DNA of 64,000 nucleotides, from the NCBI GenBank assembly GCA_002269645.1, contig NIVC01001872.1, forward strand, positions 4,823 to 68,822. Reading direction: 5' to 3'. The notes under the pieces were generated by a model that saw nothing but the letters and a program-made list of their open reading frames with translations, was not told the DNA's origin and made no database searches. Within the stretch, counting starts at the first letter, position 1. Every line of letters starts with the position of its first letter. The DNA comes from Macrostomum lignano (taxonomy: Eukaryota). Both the position numbers and the translations under genes were made by a program. This document shows, in pieces, positions 58,133 through 64,000 of the stretch.

Positions 58133-61100
58133 ATTATAAGTTTTGTACTTTTAACTCTCAGATCGGGTCTTAGCAGATTCTATAGCTATGCATGCAAGGG
58201 CCCCTCAGAGGAGATGCTTAAACACTGCAGTGCATTTTTCCTAGCAATTATTGGGACACGAAGTGTTGGGCCACTGTGTGTGTGTGTCTAGTTTTTTCCG
58301 CATTTGTTAAGTCACCTAAAGAACTCAATTAATAAAGGGCTCCAGAACAAATTGATGGGCAAACGGATGACACACTGCACAGAGACTTGTTGGGACATAT
58401 TAAAAACAGCTTATTTTAGAATGGGTACACTTTACTAAAGTAGAATGCTCCTACAGAAAGCTGCAAGCAAACTAGCATCTTCTGGAGCTGACATGCAGAG
58501 AAGAATGATTTTGTCGTCCTTGAAATCACTAAACAGATATGCGAAATCGATCTTTTGCTAATCCCACCACAGGTTCCAGTGAAAAGAAGAAACGAAACCC
58601 ATTGACTAAATTGGCAGTCGACTCAATCGATGCCGACTGCAACGGACCTGTCAGCTTCGAACTCAGGAGAGCAGCTAATAGTCTACGAGAGTAATGCTAG
58701 ATGCCAGAATGCTTCACAGCATCAAAGTTTAAAGCAGAAGCTTCAATAAAAGGTTAGTTCATGCTGTGGCTGCATTCGTTTTCGTGTCTAGAAGCGTTAT
58801 AACTTTTTGTACTTTTAACTCTCAGATCGGGTCTTAGCAGATTCTATAGCTATGCATGCAAGGGCCCCTCAGAGGAGATGCTTAAACACTGCAGTGCATT
58901 TTTCCTAGCAATTATTGGGACACGAAGTGTTGGGCCACTGTGTGTGTGTGTCTAGTTTTTTCCGCATTTGTTAAGTCACCTAAAGAACTCAATTAATAAA
59001 GGGCTCCAGAACAAATTGATGGGCAAACGGATGACACACTGCACAGAGACTTGTTGGGACATATTAAAAACAGCTTATTTTAGAATGGGTACACTTTACT
59101 AAAGTAGAATGCTCCTACAGAAAGCTGCAAGCAAACTAGCATCTTCTGGAGCTGACATGCAGAGAAGAATGATTTTGTCGTCCTTGAAATCACTAAACAG
59201 ATATGCGAAATCGATCTTTTGCTAATCCCACCACAGGTTCCAGTGAAAAGAAGAAACGAAACCCATTGACTAAATTGGCAGTCGACTCAATCGATGCCGA
59301 CTGCAACGGACCTGTCAGCTTCGAACTCAGGAGAGCAGCTAATAGTCTACGAGAGTAATGCTAGATGCCAGAATGCTTCACAGCATCAAAGTATTTAAAG
59401 CAGAAGCTTCAATAAAAGGTTAGTTCATGCTGTGGCTGCATTCGTTTTCGTGTCTAGAAGCGTTATAACTTTTTGTACTTTTAACTCTCAGATCGGGTCT
59501 TAGCAGATTCTATAGCTATGCATGCAAGGGCCCCTCAGAGGAGATGCTTAAACACTGCAGTGCATTTTTCCTAGCAATTATTGGGACACGAAGTGTTGGG
59601 CCACTGTGTGTGTGTGTCTAGTTTTTTCCGCATTTGTTAAGTCACCTAAAGAACTCAATTAATAAAGGGCTCCAGAACAAATTGATGGGCAAACGGATGA
59701 CACACTGCACAGAGACTTGTTGGGACATATTAAAAACAGCTTATTTTAGAATGGGTACACTTTACTAAAGTAGAATGCTCCTACAGAAAGCTGCAAGCAA
59801 ACTAGCATCTTCTGGAGCTGACATGCAGAGAAGAATGATTTTGTCGTCCTTGAAATCACTAAACAGATATGCGAAATCGATCTTTTGCTAATCCCACCAC
59901 AGGTTCCAGTGAAAAGAAGAAACGAAACCCATTGACTAAATTGGCAGTCGACTCAATCGATGCCGACTGCAACGGACCTGTCAGCTTCGAACTCAGGAGA
60001 GCAGCTAATAGTCTACGAGAGTAATGCTAGATGCCAGAATGCTTCACAGCATCAAAGTTTTAAAGCAGAAGCTTCAATAAAAGGTTAGTTCATGCTGTGG
60101 CTGCATTCGTTTTCGTGTCTAGAAGCGTTATAACTTTTTGTACTTTTAACTCTCAGATCGGGTCTTAGCAGATTCTATAGCTATGCATGCAAGGGCCCCT
60201 CAGAGGAGATGCTTAAACACTGCAGTGCATTTTTCCTAGCAATTATTGGGACACGAAGTGTTGGGCCACTGTGTGTGTGTGTCTAGTTTTTTCCGCATTT
60301 GTTAAGTCACCTAAAGAACTCAATTAATAAAGGGCTCCAGAACAAATTGATGGGCAAACGGATGACACACTGCACAGAGACTTGTTGGGACATATTAAAA
60401 ACAGCTTATTTTAGAATGGGTACACTTTACTAAAGTAGAATGCTCCTACAGAAAGCTGCAAGCAAACTAGCATCTTCTGGAGCTGACATGCAGAGAAGAA
60501 TGATTTTGTCGTCCTTGAAATCACTAAACAGATATGCGAAATCGATCTTTTGCTAATCCCACCACAGGTTCCAGTGAAAAGAAGAAACGAAACCCATTGA
60601 CTAAATTGGCAGTCGACTCAATCGATGCCGACTGCAACGGACCTGTCAGCTTCGAACTCAGGAGAGCAGCTAATAGTCTACGAGAGTAATGCTAGATGCC
60701 AGAATGCTTCACAGCATCAAAGTCTTAAAGCAGAAGCTTCAATAAAGGTTAGTTCATGCTGTGGCTGCATTCGTTTTCGTGTCTAGAAGCGTTATAACTT
60801 TTTGTACTTTTAACTCTCAGATCGGGTCTTAGCAGATTCTATAGCTATGCATGCAAGGGCCCCTCAGAGGAGATGCTTAAACACTGCAGTGCATTTTTCC
60901 TAGCAATTATTGGGACACGAAGTGTTGGGCCACTGTGTGTGTGTGTCTAGTTTTTTCCGCATTTGTTAAGTCACCTAAAGAACTCAATTAATAAAGGGCT
61001 CCAGAACAAATTGATGGGCAAACGGATGACACACTGCACAGAGACTTGTTGGGACATATTAAAAACAGCTTATTTTAGAATGGGTACACTTTACTAAAGT

Positions 61101-64000
61101 AGAATGCTCCTACAGAAAGCTGCAAGCAAACTAGCATCTTCTGGAGCTGACATGCAGAGAAGAATGATTTTGTCGTCCTTGAAATCACTAAACAGATATG
61201 CGAAATCGATCTTTTGCTAATCCCACCACAGGTTCCAGTGAAAAGAAGAAACGAAACCCATTGACTAAATTGGCAGTCGACTCAATCGATGCCGACTGCA
61301 ACGGACCTGTCAGCTTCGAACTCAGGAGAGCAGCTAATAGTCTACGAGAGTAATGCTAGATGCCAGAATGCTTCACAGCATCAAAGTATTTAAAGCAGAA
61401 GCTTCAATAAAGGTTAGTTCATGCTGTGGCTGCATTCGTTTTCGTGTCTAGAAGCGTTATAACTTTTTGTACTTTTAACTCTCAGATCGGGTCTTAGCAG
61501 ATTCTATAGCTATGCATGCAAGGGCCCTCAGAGGAGATGCTTAAACACTGCAGTGCATTTTTCCTAGCAATTATTGGGACACGAAGTGTTGGGCCACTGT
61601 GTGTGTGTGTCTAGTTTTTTCCGCATTTGTTAAGTCACCTAAAGAACTCAATTAATAAAGGGCTCCAGAACAAATTGATGGGCAAACGGATGACACACTG
61701 CACAGAGACTTGTTGGGACATATTAAAAACAGCTTATTTTAGAATGGGTACACTTTACTAAAGTAGAATGCTCCTACAGAAAGCTGCAAGCAAACTAGCA
61801 TCTTCTGGAGCTGACATGCAGAGAAGAATGATTTTGTCGTCCTTGAAATCACTAAACAGATATGCGAAATCGATCTTTTGCTAATCCCACCACAGGTTCC
61901 AGTGAAAAGAAGAAACGAAACCCATTGACTAAATTGGCAGTCGACTCAATCGATGCCGACTGCAACGGACCTGTCAGCTTCGAACTCAGGAGAGCAGCTA
62001 ATAGTCTACGAGAGTAATGCTAGATGCCAGAATGCTTCACAGCATCAAAGTATTTAAGCAGAAGCTTCAATAAAAGGTTAGTTCATGCTGTGGCTGCATT
62101 CGTTTTCGTGTCTAGAAGCGTTATAACTTTTTGTACTTTTAACTCTCAGATCGGGTCTTAGCAGATTCTATAGCTATGCATGCAAGGGCCCCTCAGAGGA
62201 GATGCTTAAACACTGCAGTGCATTTTTCCTAGCAATTATTGGGACACGAAGTGTTGGGCCACTGTGTGTGTGTGTCTAGTTTTTTCCGCATTTGTTAAGT
62301 CACCTAAAGAACTCAATTAATAAAGGGCTCCAGAACAAATTGATGGGCAAACGGATGACACACTGCACAGAGACTTGTTGGGACATATTAAAAACAGCTT
62401 ATTTTAGAATGGGTACACTTTACTAAAGTAGAATGCTCCTACAGAAAGCTGCAAGCAAACTAGCATCTTCTGGAGCTGACATGCAGAGAAGAATGATTTT
62501 GTCGTCCTTGAAATCACTAAACAGATATGCGAAATCGATCTTTTGCTAATCCACCACAGGTTCCAGTGAAAAGAAGAAACGAAACCCATTGACTAAATGG
62601 CAGTCGACTCAATCGATGCCGACTGCCAACGGGACCTGTCAGCTTCGAACTCAGGAGAGCAGCTAATAGTCTACGAGAGTAATGCTAGATGCCAGAATGC
62701 TTCACAGCATCAAAGTCTTAAGCAGAAGCTTCAATGAAAGGTTAGTTCATGCTGTGGCTGCATTCGTTTTCGTGTCTAGAAGCGTTATAACTTTTTGTAC
62801 TTTTAACTCTCAGATCGGGTCTTAGCAGATTCTATAGCTATGCATGCAAGGGCCCCTCAGAGGAGATGCTTAAACACTGCAGTGCATTTTTCCTAGCAAT
62901 TATTGGGACACGAAGTGTTGGGCCACTGTGTGTGTGTCTAGTTTTTTCCGCATTTGTTAAGTCACCTAAAGAACTCAATTAATAAAGGGCTCCAGAACAA
63001 ATTGATGGGCAAACGGATGACACACTGCACAGAGACTTGTTGGGACATATTAAAAACAGCTTATTTTAGAATGGGTACACTTTACTAAAGTAGAATGCTC
63101 CTACAGAAAGCTGCAAGCAAACTAGCATCTTCTGGAGCTGACATGCAGAGAAGAATGATTTTGTCGTCCTTGAAATCACTAAACAGATATGCGAAATCGA
63201 TCTTTTGCTAATCCCACCACAGGTTCCAGTGAAAAGAAGAAACGAAACCCATTGACTAAATTGGCAGTCGACTCAATCGATGCCGACTGCAACGGACCTG
63301 TCAGCTTCGAACTCAGGAGAGCAGCTAATAGTCTACGAGAGTAATGCTAGATGCCAGAATGCTTCACAGCATCAAAGTCTTAAAGCAGAAGCTTCAATAA
63401 AAGGTTAGTTCATGCTGTGGCTGCATTCGTTTTCGTGTCTAGAAGCGTTATAACTTTTTGTACTTTTAACTCTCAGATCGGGTCTTAGCAGATTCTATAG
63501 CTATGCATGCAAGGGCCCCTCAGAGGAGATGCTTAAACACTGCAGTGCATTTTTCCTAGCAATTATTGGGACACGAAGTGTTGGGCCACTGTGTGTGTGT
63601 GTCTAGTTTTTTCCGCATTTGTTAAGTCACCTAAAGAACTCAATTAATAAAGGGCTCCAGAACAAATTGATGGGCAAACGGATGACACACTGCACAGAGA
63701 CTTGTTGGGACATATTAAAAACAGCTTATTTTAGAATGGGTACACTTTACTAAAGTAGAATGCTCCTACAGAAAGCTGCAAGCAAACTAGCATCTTCTGG
63801 AGCTGACATGCAGAGAAGAATGATTTTGTCGTCCTTGAAATCACTAAACAGATATGCGAAATCGATCTTTTGCTAATCCCACCACAGGTTCCAGTGAAAA
63901 GAAGAAACGAAACCCATTGACTAAATTGGCAGTCGACTCAATCGATGCGACTGCAACGACCTGTCAGCTTCGAACTCAGGAGAGCAGCTAATAGTCTACG
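58133..64000. repeat. About 665-bp tandem satellite, about 8.8 near-identical units, running off the window
   Basis: The marker TGTACTTTTAACTCTCAG recurs at spacings of 664-666 bp (58144, 58808, 59474, 60139...). Confidence 0.97.

Overview
Eukaryotic (invertebrate metazoan) genomic DNA with GC-rich spliced exons and introns packed with mini/microsatellites. The style resembles the flatworm Macrostomum, but that is inference only. All exon models were built by hand from GT-AG sites and phase checks. Conserved genes: LRRC72 (minus, 7 exons) head-to-head with CLINT1/epsinR (plus), and an intronless GINS3/Psf3. From about 23.9 to 52.3 kb lies a cluster built by duplicating exon blocks. It holds one phase-consistent 11-exon gene model (about 1083 aa; ankyrin blocks A-B-A-B plus a MAP3K-like kinase), a second kinase domain, a third kinase remnant and two broken ankyrin copies. 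The B ankyrin block is hypervariable at predicted binding-surface positions while its neighbouring introns are nearly identical, which suggests a diversifying receptor-kinase family. Mobile elements: an intact DD34D mariner, a hAT-type MITE with 8-bp TSD, a tRNA-derived SINE, four Ty3/gypsy relics (one with strong C>T/G>A decay), and a Neptune-like Penelope retroelement embedded in (GA)n. The Penelope element carries a hammerhead ribozyme, a 428-bp palindrome with two more hammerheads, and a 5'-truncated AlkB-type dioxygenase ORF. The window ends in an approximately 665-bp tandem satellite. Most long ORFs in the supplied track are artefacts of tandem repeats.
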